Shown here piece after piece: positions 30,133-43,670 of a stretch of 64,000 nucleotides of DNA. The stretch lies in contig OX597835.1 in NCBI GenBank assembly GCA_951406725.2, positions 26,350,001 to 26,414,000 on the forward strand, written 5' to 3'. Under the pieces are notes generated by a model. The model saw only the letters and a program-made list of their open reading frames with translations. It was not told the DNA's origin and ran no database searches. The stretch's first letter is position 1. Each line of letters begins with the position of its first letter. A program made the position numbers and the translations under genes. The stretch comes from Octopus vulgaris. Lineage: Eukaryota.

Positions 30133-30214
<82 letters not shown>

Positions 30215-30417
30215 CATTATCATTTTTACTACTACTACTATTAAGTAGTAGTAGTAGTAGTAGCAGCAGCAGTAGCATTAGTATTTGTAGTAACACTAAC
30301 AATAACAAAGCATCATAAGCTAATTATATATATATATGTATTTATATATATATATATGTACGTATATGTGTATACATATATGTATATATGTTTCTATGTA
30401 TATTGGTATATGTATGA

Positions 30418-30455
<38 letters not shown>

Positions 30456-31160
30456 GCATACATACCTACATACATACATGCATACATACATACATACGTA
30501 CACACATATACAGTTGATAAGCTAAATAAAAAAATATACCGTTTTCTTTTGCTTTAAAGCTTTTCGGCCATGTTTATCTATTTAGTTCTTTGTTGTTTGC
30601 TTTTCTTTTTTTTTCTTCCAATTGTGCATTTGTAATAATAATGTTTGTGACATTGTTATGGTTAATGTTCTTTGCATTGTTTCGTACATTCGCGATGTTG
30701 TTGTTGCTGTTGTTGTTGTAGCTTTTTGTATTGTTCTTTTATTCTATTCGTATTTGCTCGCTCTTCTTTCCATAATGGATATTTCATCACCACGCCGCAA
30801 TAGCATCTATCGCCATCGCCAACCCACTTATTCGACACCGTCCACTTCATCGGCACCCTCACCATCATCACCATCAGCATCTACACTCCCTTTATTACTC
30901 TCTTAATCATATCATAAAATCTCTCCTTTCCATACACACACACACACATACATACATGTATACACACATGCATAAATTTCTTCTCTCCTTCTCTCTCCAT
31001 CTCTCTCTCTCTCTCTAAACTTATATGCATGCTTGTTTTTAATGTTTGTTTCATATATGTATACACATACGAAGATATAAGTACATATGCATGTGTAGCT
31101 ATCTATCTATCTGTTGTCTGTATATGTATATATATGTATGTATGTATCTATCTATCTATT

Positions 31161-31289
<129 letters not shown>

Positions 31290-31466
31290 CAGATAGATAG
31301 ATATACATATATACGTATATATATGTGTGTATATGAGTGTAGGTCTTTGTATCTATGTATGAATGTATGCACAGACATGCATACCTAAATATATTAATAT
31401 AAATATATCGATATATACTTGTATATATATATATTCCTTTTTTATACATATTTCAAAATGCTACTA

Positions 31467-31549
<83 letters not shown>

Positions 31550-31559
31550 ATTATTTTTA

Positions 31560-31690
<131 letters not shown>

Positions 31691-31696
31691 TTTATT

Positions 31697-31910
31697 AAGG
31701 TGACGAACTGGTAGAATCGTTTAGTGCGCCGGGTAAAATGCCTTAGCTATATTTTGTCCGTCCTTACGTTCTGTGTTCGGATTCCGCCGTGGTTGACTTT
31801 ACATATCATGCTTTCGAGGTCGGTCAAGAAAGTATCAGTCAAGTAGTGGGGTAGATGTAACCCACCATCCCACTCCCGCAATTTCAGACCTTATGTCTTA
31901 TAGCAATGAG
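31697..31910 (+). mobile_element. Family-C SINE, diverged
   Basis: aaggtgacgaactggtagaatcgtttag...ttacgttctgtgttcggattccgcc. Confidence 0.75.
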
Positions 31911-32110
31911 TATTATCATCAACCACCACGTTTCTCTTAATCATAACTGCTCGTTCTTCTCCATCTCCTTTCTCTTCTCATTATTATTGTCGTTAATATT
32001 AATTAAATAATAATTGAATTTTGTAATAGTAGTAGTAAAGGTATTATTATTATTATTATTATTATTACTATTATTATTATTACTAGTAGTAGTAATAATA
32101 ATAATAGTAA

Positions 32111-32144
<34 letters not shown>

Positions 32145-32329
32145 TAGGAGAAATTGAATAACAGTAACTGCACCAGTTGTAGCTGAAGTGATACTTTCTC
32201 TCAAACATTATTTCCCATGAGTGAGAGGTGGATGTGCACAAGCTAATGTAGGTTTATCAGTATATCAGTACACACAGAGAAACGTATGTATATATGAATG
32301 TATGTATGTATGCATTTACCTATGTATAC

Positions 32330-32384
<55 letters not shown>

Positions 32385-32669
32385 TATATCCTTACATACA
32401 TAAATATTTATTCATATACACTAGTATCTACCCAAACATATGTGTTTGTGCATATGTGAATTTGTGCCAAAGAAAAATGCACTGAACGCTTTTCGGAGGA
32501 CTTGCGTTTACATTTGCACGAAAAGCAAAATTAGACGTGCTCTACTTAAAGTTTCACAGAACTCCAAGTCCTCAAGAGAGAGCACCACGGAACCATACAT
32601 GTGTGTGTTGGGTGTGTGTGAGTAGGGCGTGTGTGTGTTGGGCGTGTGTGTATGTATCTTTGTATATAT

Positions 32670-32860
32670 GTTCGTCCCCAACCACCACCACCTGACAACC
32701 GGTGTTGATTTGTTTACGTTCTTCTCCCATAGCAGTTTCAGGAAAAGAGACCGAAAGAATATATACCAAACATAAGACAATAATAACTACTGCGATAGAT
32801 TTTCTCGATGAAAACCTTTGAAGGATGTGCCCCAGCTTAAGCGCAACAAGTAAACAATTA
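32670..32860 (+). mobile_element. Old family-A SINE 3' half
   Basis: gtccccaaccacc...tgacaaccggtgttg...aaaagagaccga...aaggatgtgccccagc. Confidence 0.55.
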
Positions 32861-33619
32861 AATGATAGATGAATCTATTTTGCCGCCATTTTCTTAAAGA
32901 CTAAACATAAACAAATTTATCTTAATCCATTAGTTTTTTTTCTCTTTATCTAGTCACTCGGATATAATTCTACGTCCAAATCATTTAAAATAATTTTCTT
33001 CCTCATTTTAACACTTTGATCGTTTACTTTGAACAACTCTAATGCAATTTAAACCATTCCGAAAGCATTACCGTTTTGGTATTGCATTTAATATTTTTGA
33101 AACTTCAGTTTCCAAACTTTATGGTTTATCGGGATATTCAGCAATGTTATTTTCTTCATTTCATTAGAATTTCTGTACAATTTTTCATTATGCTCATTTT
33201 GCTTTCTTTCTCTTTCTTTGCTTCATCTTCTCTTTAAATCTGATTTCTATTTCTTTGTTACGGTTGTAAATTTAAGAGTGACTCTTTTCATCGATCATTA
33301 AATTTTATTACAAAACTCTTGCTCTTTAGGATTGAGATTATTAAAATGAAATCTAAATTCAATTTCACGCGAGATTTTTTTAGGAAGTGAAGCATATTTT
33401 TATCTTTGCTTCGTTCGTTACCTTTGAAAAATCAACGTTCAGCTTCCTTCATCTTTTTTTGTAAACATACAGACAGACAAGCACACGCACACACACACAC
33501 TTATAATCCAACCATCCTTCCATTCACATATACGTACATATATACATGTATGTGTTTTTATGCATGAATGTATACACAGAGAGAGTGAGAGAAAGAGAAA
33601 GAGCAGTCGCATGTAGGCC

Positions 33620-33659
<40 letters not shown>

Positions 33660-33666
33660 CATATGT

Positions 33667-33709
<43 letters not shown>

Positions 33710-35229
33710 TATGAATATATATATACATACATACACACACAGACTATATATATATATATTTCGTGGAGCAGGAGTTTGATAAGTGCAATGTATACAATAT
33801 TCTTGCATTTGACTCATTTATGTAATTCCATAGATAATCCACGCACAGAGATAGACACACAGACATATCATACGCACGGGTGATATGCACATATCACACA
33901 CATGTTAGACACACATACAAACACACTAATCATACACACACGTAGCACATGCACACACATTACACTTACACACAGACACTGCACTCACACATATACATGT
34001 ATATTTAAAAAAAAATTTTTAATTTCTAGATGCTGTTACAATATTTGAAAAGAGATTTTATTAATATAAAATTTATTAATTATATATAAGGAAAAACATT
34101 TAGAAAGCAGATTAACACACTTATAAAAAGAAGTTTTCAGCTTTTCAGCATACATGTTCTAATGTAATACGCACAGAGGAAATTGTTTTCATGCAAGCGT
34201 TGACTATCCCCGCTTCACTTTCGGATTTAGAATTCTTATGAAGTTCTTTTCCGTTGCCTTCCGTACTTAGTCATTTTGCTCCTTTATTCTCTATCCTGTT
34301 TGAATTTTGCATTTGCTCAAACTTTTAGATGTTCACTACATGTAACATTAGTAACATATAATCCATTGATTTGTTGCTTATGTATTCTTATCCAGTCAAT
34401 TTTTATTCAATTCACCCGATTTAATTTTCCTTAAGTTGTGAGTATGTTAAGTTAAGCATGTTAAACAGTAAATGAAAATTTTTGCTTCGTAATTCATATT
34501 ATTAACATTTAATTATTCACATTCTTGAATATTTTGGTTTTATTCTATTCAGCCATCCGACGTCTTAGCATATAATTATCTGCATTATTTATTTATATAC
34601 TTATTTATTTTTGCTGTTGTGAATTTCACCTATAAAATGATTCTTTTAAGATTTGGTGATCGTGTTAGGCTTTTAATAATTTAATAGTTTTTCTTAGATT
34701 TGATGACTGGTGGAACATTGAAATGTATGGTGTGGCCAAATGTGAGAAGTTGTGGTTTCTGTTACCATGAGTGACTATAGAGAGACTATTTGTGCTTGTG
34801 TCTTCTTTGTCATTCCAGGTGTAGTTTCAGTGATTCAGATAGGAATGGCTTTTGTTTTGGTTAAGGTTTGATTTACTATTTTCTTCGGGTATTTGGTAAC
34901 TAGGGTATTTCATTATATGTGGGATGGATGGCAAGATCTAAAACCTAGGTATTTGTGTGCATCTGTGTCATTGCAACAGAAATTGGTTGTCATATATTCA
35001 TTATTTTACATTATTAAAATGTCCCGAAAAGGGAGTTCCCCTTTCATTTATTTCCCTTGTGAGTTAGATCGATTCATAAATGCTGTTAATAGAAATAAGG
35101 TATCTTGTGAAGTTTCCTTACATACGTTCGAAAATAGGAGGCAGTCATCGGAGAATACGTTCCAATTTTCTTTCAAATAGTTTCGAAAATTCTGATAGAA
35201 AACGTAATTGTGATTCGGGTATAGATGTC

Positions 35230-35590
35230 TTTTGTCCAGAAACTTCATCATCTGGGACGTACGAATTGATTTAACAGGGTATAAAACAGAAATTTTAAGG
35301 GAATTGAAGATTAATGTGAATACGAAATTCAAAACAAAATAGCTCCCTTACTGCATCACACATCCATAATGCAATGAGAATTATATCGGCCAACCGGGAT
35401 AAAAATTAATCGATTGGGTTAGAGTGCATATACAAAAAAATCGAAGATCTGTGAGTTGAAAATGCTCTTTGTAGTGAATGGAAAATGGAAAATTGGAAAA
35501 TATTTTCCTTTTATCAAAATAATAGGAAGAATATTTTCAATTGTGAAAGGCCAAAGAAAAATACTTTATACGAACTCTAAATCAAAAAGA
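35230..35590 (+). mobile_element. Penelope-like element GIY-YIG endonuclease relic
   Basis: From 35343 the frame reads LPYCITHP*CNENYIGQPG*KLIDWVRVHIQK (cf. Penelope IYxITCxxCxxxYIGQTGxxLxxRxxxH), followed by NALCSE and YFPFIK-like segments. Stops present. Confidence 0.72.
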
Positions 35591-35790
35591 GAACGAAAAA
35601 TATGGATAAAATGTTTTTTAACAACTTCCATACGGATTAACTTGCAACACATCTGTTGAAAAGTTGAGAACAGCAAAAGAACCCTTATACAAATCTTCTT
35701 TCAATAAGGTCTGTGTGAATTTGTTTATTTTAAAGGAGTATTTATACAATAAATGATTTCAAAAGTGAATATACGCACACACACACACAG

Positions 35791-35852
<62 letters not shown>

Positions 35853-35895
35853 GAATGTATATACTATATATATATATACATTCAAATATATGTAT

Positions 35896-35927
<32 letters not shown>

Positions 35928-36875
35928 TTGAATGTATCTATTCTATATAAATAAATGTGTGTGTGTGTGCGTGCTTCTATACATATATGTGTATGTGTTT
36001 GTTTGTTTATTTGCATTTTTGTGTTTGCTTTCTGAGCCCTGCAAACATTCAATCTTTTAATTGCACATGGTTTTTTCAAGTGCTGACTCGCTCTGCTGCC
36101 TATTCCTCAGTTATTAAAACTCCTAACTACTCAAAGATGGAATTTATCTTTTAAAATTAGGAACAAATAATAAATTTTTCTTCTTTAGCTTCTTCTTCTT
36201 CTTCTTCTTCTTCTTCTTCTTCTTCTTCTTCTTCTTCTTCTTCTTCTTCTTCTTCTTCTTCTTCTTCTTCTTCTTCTTCTTCTTCTTCTTCTTCTTCTTC
36301 TTCTTCTCCTTATCCTTCTTCATCTTCTCCGCCGCTGTGTTTTCCCTTCCATCACCCTCCTCGTTCTCTTCCTCCTCTTCCTCGTTCTCTTCCTCTTCAT
36401 CCTCCATTCTCCATCCTCCATCCTTTCATTTTATTCCTCACTTACTGTATACCGTATTTAATTTACAAACAACATGTTTGAAGGGACTTTCAGTTTTAAG
36501 TAATCCTCATCTTTTCATCCCTGCCACCCCCCCACTCATCCGAAAAGCAATATTTTCTTTTTCCATTATCTTTTGTAAATTTTTTTCTTGGCGCAAATTT
36601 AAAGAAACATTTACATGAAATAAACGAACTATGATTAGAAACGTAGGCGGGAGCGTCTTAGCTGTTTAACCCTTTCCCTGTTCAAAGTATTCTCTTAACT
36701 TTGTCCTAAACGTCCACGTTCCTTTTCCGACTTTTAGTTAATCCATGTTTTATACAGTATAAGTTTTCCCTATATACTCTATATTGGTTCTGTACCAACT
36801 TGGATTTGAATTGAATTAAACTTTGTGTCTACACTGACAATTTTTTCCTTACACTTCATATATATATATATATAA

Positions 36876-37066
36876 TACAAAAGACGAAGGCAGGTGGAAT
36901 ATAAACAAACAATTGTATTAGTATGGCGCTCAGGAATATAAATAAAACAAGTCTTTTACGTTTCGAGCCTACGCTCTTCAACAGAAAGATACACAGAAAA
37001 GAAACACAGAAAGAAACAAGGAGAGAAAAAAAATGCGTGCAGAAGCTAGCGAATCAACATGGCGAT
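36876..37066 (-). mobile_element. Family-E short element, best-preserved hammerhead-like motif (36951-36989)
   Basis: Minus strand UCUUU-CUGUUGAA-GAGC GUAG GCUC-GAAAC-GUA-AAAGA: 5-bp stem I, 4-bp stem II and palindromic ACGU stem III. Confidence 0.75.
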
Positions 37067-37234
37067 CTATATATATATATTTATATATATAAATTAAAGA
37101 CAAAATCAGCATGTAATAAAAACCATATAGGCAACAATTAATACACCCAGATAATTATAGAAATATAATTACGAGAGGAGCACTAGGTTGAAAGCGAGGA
37201 AAGTAAACAAAGAAGATATTTTAAAAGTGGGTTA

Positions 37235-37292
37235 ACGATAGATCGATTTCTAGCTTAGAGATAGAAAATCCCTTTGCTGTCATCAGTATAGT
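37235..37292 (-). ncRNA. Type I hammerhead ribozyme (left-arm copy)
   Basis: Minus strand ACUAUA-CUGAUGA-CAGC..AGGGAU..AUCUCU..GCUA-GAAA-UCG-AUC-UAUCGU. Confidence 0.72.
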
Positions 37293-37465
37293 GCAAATAT
37301 TTATACATACGAATAAGACGACGTATCCATATATACAATTATATACAAATATACAAATATATACATATATACAAATATACGTGTGCATATTTGTATATAT
37401 GCGTATGGATGCGTCTTATTCGCATGGGTATGTATAAATATTTGCATTTATGTTCAATGTGGTAC

Positions 37466-37523
37466 ACTATACTGATGACAGCAAAGGGATTTTATATCTC
37501 TAAGCTAGAAATCGATCTATCGT
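37466..37523 (+). ncRNA. Type I hammerhead ribozyme (right-arm copy)
   Basis: CUGAUGA at 37472-37478, stem II with AGC/GCU plus AGGGAU/AUCUCU, GAAA at 37508-37511, palindromic AUCGAU stem III, AUC triplet ending at 37517, stem I ACUAUA/UAUCGU (1 mismatch). Confidence 0.75.
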
Positions 37524-37963
37524 TAACCCACTTTTAAAATATCTTCTTTGCTTACTTCCCTCGCTTTCAACCTATGCTAATAGAGTATATTCTGTCCTTT
37601 GGCAGCTATTTCTAGCAGGTGATGCTATTTATTAGTGCTCTTATTGTAAATATATTTATATAATTGAATATATATATAAGTTCAGCAAAATTTAGATTCA
37701 GATGAATATGGTACATAAGTCAAACGCACCAGAATTTTGTATGGTATTATCCATATAAATCCATGAGGTGATTATAATCAAAATAAGCAACAAGTATATC
37801 CGAGGTAATTGTACCACATTACCTCAGATATACTTGTTGCTTATTTTGATTATATACATACAAATACATATACATATACATATATATATATATATATATA
37901 TTTATATATTGATTTGTACATATGTGTTTGTGTGTGTATGTGTGTGTGCGCGCGCTCGTGTAT

Positions 37964-38005
<42 letters not shown>

Positions 38006-38049
38006 GTGACTACAAAATTAGGATAGTGAAACCAAAGTGCCATGTAAAA

Positions 38050-38200
38050 TACATTGGCATGGGTGCTGGAACTAGGTAAAGAGCATTGGTAATGGTGTCA
38101 GATGAAAAGCACCCAGTACACTCTGTGAAGTGGTTGGCATTAGGAAGGGCATACAGACGTAGAAACCATATCAGAACCGACAAATAACCTAGTGCAGCCC
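38050..38200 (+). mobile_element. Fragment of an RTE-associated SINE body
   Basis: aaaagcacccagtacactctgtgaagtggttggcattaggaagggcat...gtagaaacc, recognised from memory as a common octopus repeat motif. Confidence 0.45.
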
Positions 38201-38706
38201 ATGCAAACCATAAAATACTGTTTGATATTTTCGCTTTTAAGCTTGTTTCTATAGATTTTCTATATAAAATATATAGAATGATCTTAATAGTGACTACACA
38301 CATGCAGACACACTCACATCTATGCGTATGTGTGTATGTGTTCGTGCGTATATTCACATATGTATGTCTAGGGATAGTCAAATAGCCACAACACATAAAG
38401 ATAGGGAAGCTGACACCTATATTTGTGCGTCCGTACGCGTGGGCTTGTGTGCGAAGAGCGCGGGCGCGTGTAAGTACGTGTGGCTGTGTGTCACAACATG
38501 TGCTGCATGTTTAATCAGCGGTAGTTGTTTCATCCGCGTTTAATTATCTACATTTTTTTTCTGTGTCTCATTTCCAAATCATATCCTACATACGAAACCA
38601 ACCCGCAACACACCGCCGTCGACAGCACCATAAAACACAACAACAGCCGCAGCGGTACTGCACTGGATCACCCCCAAGCGAAAATAGATTTAGGAGCAAA
38701 AACATA

Positions 38707-38742
<36 letters not shown>

Positions 38743-38820
38743 TTATATATGTATGTGTGTGCGCATGTGTGCATAATGTAACTATGTATATGTTTACACA
38801 CATATATATGCATGCATATG

Positions 38821-38870
<50 letters not shown>

Positions 38871-39122
38871 TGTGTGTATGTGTGTGAAGGGAGACAGAGA
38901 GAAAAAGAGAGGGGAGCGTGGGAGTTAAGAGAAATGCACTTAGATTTATTTATATATATATGTATGTATATATGTAAATATATACATATACATATACATA
39001 TATATATATACACACATATATATATATATACATGCCTATATACATATTGTATCTATGTGTACACGTACACATACACATACGCTCACACACACACATATAT
39101 ATATTATATGTACACACACACT

Positions 39123-39154
<32 letters not shown>

Positions 39155-39212
39155 CGCACATACATATATATATGTATGTGCACACACACGCAGGCACACA
39201 CACATACAGACC

Positions 39213-39289
<77 letters not shown>

Positions 39290-39880
39290 AATTCATATGA
39301 ACTAAAACACTGGAAATAAGCATCCTTCGGGCAATACTTTTGCGACATGTAAAACTATGATTTCTGTCTTTGTAAATTCTTTATTTTCTTTATCATTCTA
39401 CTTTTTAAAGTAATACTTATTCTATAAAATATATATATATATACGGCTCTCTGCGTGTGTGTGTGTGTGTATTTGAGAATTTTTACCGCTTTTCTTTTTG
39501 TGAGTTTTATATGTATGTGTGTTGGCTGTGTAGGTCTGTCAGGCGTTTAATAGTTGGGATAAAACAACAAGATTACAGTGAATTGATTGTAATCACCCAT
39601 GTGATGCTGAGATTTATAAAAACAAAATAAATATTAAATAACTGTTTACGTTCCCCTTCTCTCTATCTCACCCCTCTCTCTCTCCCTCTCTTGTTCTCTG
39701 CCATTGTCCGTCTGTCTGTCTCCCTCTTGCTATCTTTCTGCCATCCTTCTTTGTCTCTTTGTCTAACACTTTATTTCTCACTTTTCTTTCCTATTTTTTC
39801 CCATGCCTTCATATCTTGCACTGTAGATTTTTAATACGTTTTTATCGCTTATATTTACATGCACCTATTTGCGTACATAC

Positions 39881-39928
<48 letters not shown>

Positions 39929-40321
39929 ATGCATGTATGTATGTATGTCCGTATGTATATATACATATATAAATATGTATGTATTCGTATACATGCTTAC
40001 ATATTATATGTATATACATATATATATAATGGTTAAATAATATATACATACATATATATACATATATATTTATTTATATAAATATATATATCTACATACA
40101 TACATACATACATACATGCATACATAACGTACTTAGATACGTACGTACGTACGTAGTACCTACCTACCTACATACATACATACATACATACAGATATATA
40201 TTCATGAAGACATGTCGCATACACATCGACAAACACACACATACTTGTAGTTTCTCTTATCTGTGTCGTATTTTATTTCATCTTTTTAAACTGTCTGTTC
40301 CTATGAAACGTTCATACTTAC

Positions 40322-40386
<65 letters not shown>

Positions 40387-40457
40387 GTGTATGTGTGTGT
40401 GGTGTACGTGTGTGTATATGCATATACATATATATATATATATATATACATATATAA

Positions 40458-40499
<42 letters not shown>

Positions 40500-40684
40500 T
40501 TAATGCTTATATATATACATATGTATGTATATATTTCATACATAGCTGCATATATTCCAGCAGGCATATATACATACATATACAGAGATACATATTCACA
40601 GATACATGCATGTATACATACATACACACACACACACACACATACACACACACACATATATATATGCTCAAATACACATACTCT

Positions 40685-41160
40685 TACATGTTGTGTCCAA
40701 AGCATTTGAGAAGGCACTGTATAGAAATGATAGTAATCTAGATAAAAACTGGTTTACATCAAGAGAACGTAGAAGCTTCGAGAAGATGAGAGAGAAATGA
40801 ATTTTATTTATTTTTTTATTTTTATTAAAGTGTGTGGTTCGAAGTGAAAACAATGATAAACAGATTGTAATGTATTGCACTAAAAAGGCAAACATTTATA
40901 TGAAAAAGAAATCGAAGGCTAACTGCTCCTAGTTGAATAGTTTTGTGAAAATCTGTGTAAAATACTGGCTAACAGACCAGATATAATGATCTGGGAGTAA
41001 ATAATAATGTAGAGGTAAGCGGATGATCTGTTTAGTAGGTGTTACCATAATGTTAAAAACACCTGCGACAAATTAATGAGAAATCTAAAGGCAGTCTACT
41101 CAAAATATATCTATAGAGCCATTCAAGTAATTATTGGAACAGTAGGATATGTAAGTTCTC
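40685..41160 (+). mobile_element. Highly decayed RLE non-LTR endonuclease fragment
   Basis: ANRPDIMIW (40968-40994) and KLMRNLKAVYSKYIYRAIQVIIGTVGYV (41070-41153). Confidence 0.6.
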
Positions 41161-41377
41161 CAATATTAAATTTGGTTTCCATAAAATTTTGAAAAGGGAA
41201 GGCATGAATTTTGAAAATAGCAGTTATGATAAATTCAATACACTGTGAACGTATATAAAATATCCTTGTACTATTGAAGACGTATGTATACACACGTCTA
41301 GATATACTAACATATTTTGTTTCTCGTTATATATATATATACGTAGTGGAAAACATGCAAGTACACATGTAATGACA

Positions 41378-42066
41378 TCTTTACGTTCTGAGTTCAAATT
41401 CCGCCGAGGTTGCTTTTCATCCTTTCGGAGTCGATTAGATAAGTACCAGTTACGCACTCGGGTCGAAATAATCGACTTAATCCGTCTGTTTGTCCTTGTT
41501 TGTCTCCTCTGTGTTTAACTCCTTGTGGGTAGTAAAGAAATAGGTATTTCGTTTGTCCTTACGTTCTGAGTTCAAATTCCACCGGGGTCGACTTCGCCTT
41601 CATCCTTTCTGGATCGATAAACGAAATACCAGTAGCGTACTGCGTTCGATCTAATTGATTGGCCCCTCCCCAAAAATTTCGGGCCTTTTGCCTAGATTAC
41701 AAAAGAAACGTTCACACGCCAGGCGAAATGCTTAGCGGTATTTCGTCTGCGTTACGTTGTGAGTTCAAATTCCGCCGAGGTCGACTTTGCCGTTCATCCT
41801 TTCGGGGTCGATAAATTAAGTACCAGTTACGCACTGGGGTCGATGTAATCGACTTAATACCTATGTCTGTCCTTGTTTGTCCGCTCTGTATTTAGCCCCT
41901 TGTGGGTAATAAAGAAATAGGTATTTTGTCTGCCCTTACGTTCTGAGTTCAAATTCCCCCGAGATCGGGGGTCGATAAATTAAGTACCAGTTGTATACTG
42001 AGGTCGATCTAATCGACTGATCCCCCTCCCCCCAAATTTTGGGCATTGTGCCTAGAGTAGAAAAAG
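41378..42066 (+). mobile_element. Two tandem copies of a dimeric family-C SINE (A-B-A'-B')
   Basis: The core ttacgttctgagttcaaattcc occurs four times (~41381, 41559, 41752, 41936), with 3' segments alternating between cccttgtgggt..aaagaaatagg and cccctcccc..tgcctaga. Confidence 0.85.
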
Positions 42067-42434
42067 AATACATTAACTTCAGATTCGTTATACAACAGTG
42101 AGCTGTTCAACTATGAAAGCTACATTTCTCTCTTTGTCTCGTCCTAATTTGCAAGACAATTCGCCATTAATGTATTTTAAGTGCTAGAAGAATAAACAAA
42201 CGAGATTTATTTATTTTTGTGTTGCTTTTGTTATTGTTGCAGTAATTGTTGTTTTTGTTATTGTCTATGTTATTATTAGTCGTTTTTTTTTTGTCATAAT
42301 TTGTACGTTTCAGAAAGTATCTTCATTTAAGAATTAATCGTGCATGGATTTACTGTGTCTGTCTCTGTGTACATCCGTCTCTGTATCTGATTAGCTGACT
42401 GTCTTTCTATCTATGTATCTTCCTATCCACGCCG

Positions 42435-42584
<150 letters not shown>

Positions 42585-42609
42585 CTATGTATTTTCCTAT
42601 CGCTCTATA

Positions 42610-42643
<34 letters not shown>

Positions 42644-42651
42644 CCTATCTG

Positions 42652-42727
<76 letters not shown>

Positions 42728-42756
42728 CCTATCTGTCTATCTATCTATCTACCTAG

Positions 42757-42804
<48 letters not shown>

Positions 42805-42829
42805 TTCATATCTATCATTCGCCATGATA

Positions 42830-42989
42830 GATCGCCAGCCACTACACATTCTTTATTTTCTCTCCTTGTTTCTTTTTGTGTTCCTTTCGAGCTTAGAATC
42901 GAAACGTTAAAGACTTCTTCACTTCCCGACCGTTATACTAATACATCTGTCTGTTGTCTACACCACCTGTCTTCGTCTTTTGTTCTCCG

Positions 42990-42990
<1 letters not shown>
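42830..42990 (+). mobile_element. Family-E element with the hammerhead core deleted
   Basis: ttcctttc|gagcttagaatcgaaacgttaaagac...caccacctgtcttcgtcttttg. Confidence 0.68.
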
Positions 42991-43052
<62 letters not shown>

Positions 43053-43511
43053 CAATCTATCTGTTTCTTCATGTACGAGTGTGTGTGTGTGTCTGAGTGC
43101 GAGTGTGAGGGCGCGTAGCCTAGTTGTTAGACTATTACACTCACGGCCACTATTTATATCTGTCTATCTGCTTGTGTGTCTGTCACATACACGGATTGAG
43201 AGAGATGTTTAGAATTAATCAGAATATAATCCAGGCGTTTCAATAATTCATGCAGTGATATGAAGTAGGATAATGCAATAATCACGAGAAAAGAGAAAAA
43301 AAATATTAACTCGGCGATTAAATTGCAGCATATGAAATTCTTAAAGAATTCCATGAGGAAATCCAAGGGAAAACGTGTGTCTAACGATGAGACAATCCCT
43401 TATGAAAACTTCAAACACCTTTTAGAATTTAATTTTATGTGAAAATGTGATTTAAAAATTTTTATTTGAAAATAATGATCTCTGTATCATACGTCAAGTG
43501 TTGTACTCATT

Positions 43512-43670
43512 GATAGGCATGATCTTGTAGTTTGCATCCGAGAGAACATCTCTCCATAGACACGCTGTGTTGAGCATATGTTGGAGCGGGATGGGACGAA
43601 AGGTTGTCTCGTCAGTGGTTCCTGTGAGCGCTAGGTACAATTCGGGCCTTTTCGGGTCATGCTGATGATG
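43512..43670 (+). mobile_element. 159-bp insertion flanked by a 10-bp direct repeat (probable 5'-truncated retroposon)
   Basis: TGTACTCATT at 43502-43511 and 43671-43680. The insert is GC-richer than its flanks and ends in gctgatgatg. Confidence 0.5.

Larger units (their letters stand above)
37150..37666. repeat. Large inverted repeat (palindromic Penelope-like pLTR pair)
   Basis: 37184-37293 is nearly the exact reverse complement of 37465-37574. Weaker inverted similarity continues inward (37293-37350 vs 37388-37446) and outward (37150-37185 vs 37632-37666). Confidence 0.9.

Noticed and set aside
41378-42066. CRISPR-like repeat/spacer pattern
   Set aside because: Eukaryotic SINE multimer. 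The spacers are long and themselves repeated, and there are no cas genes.
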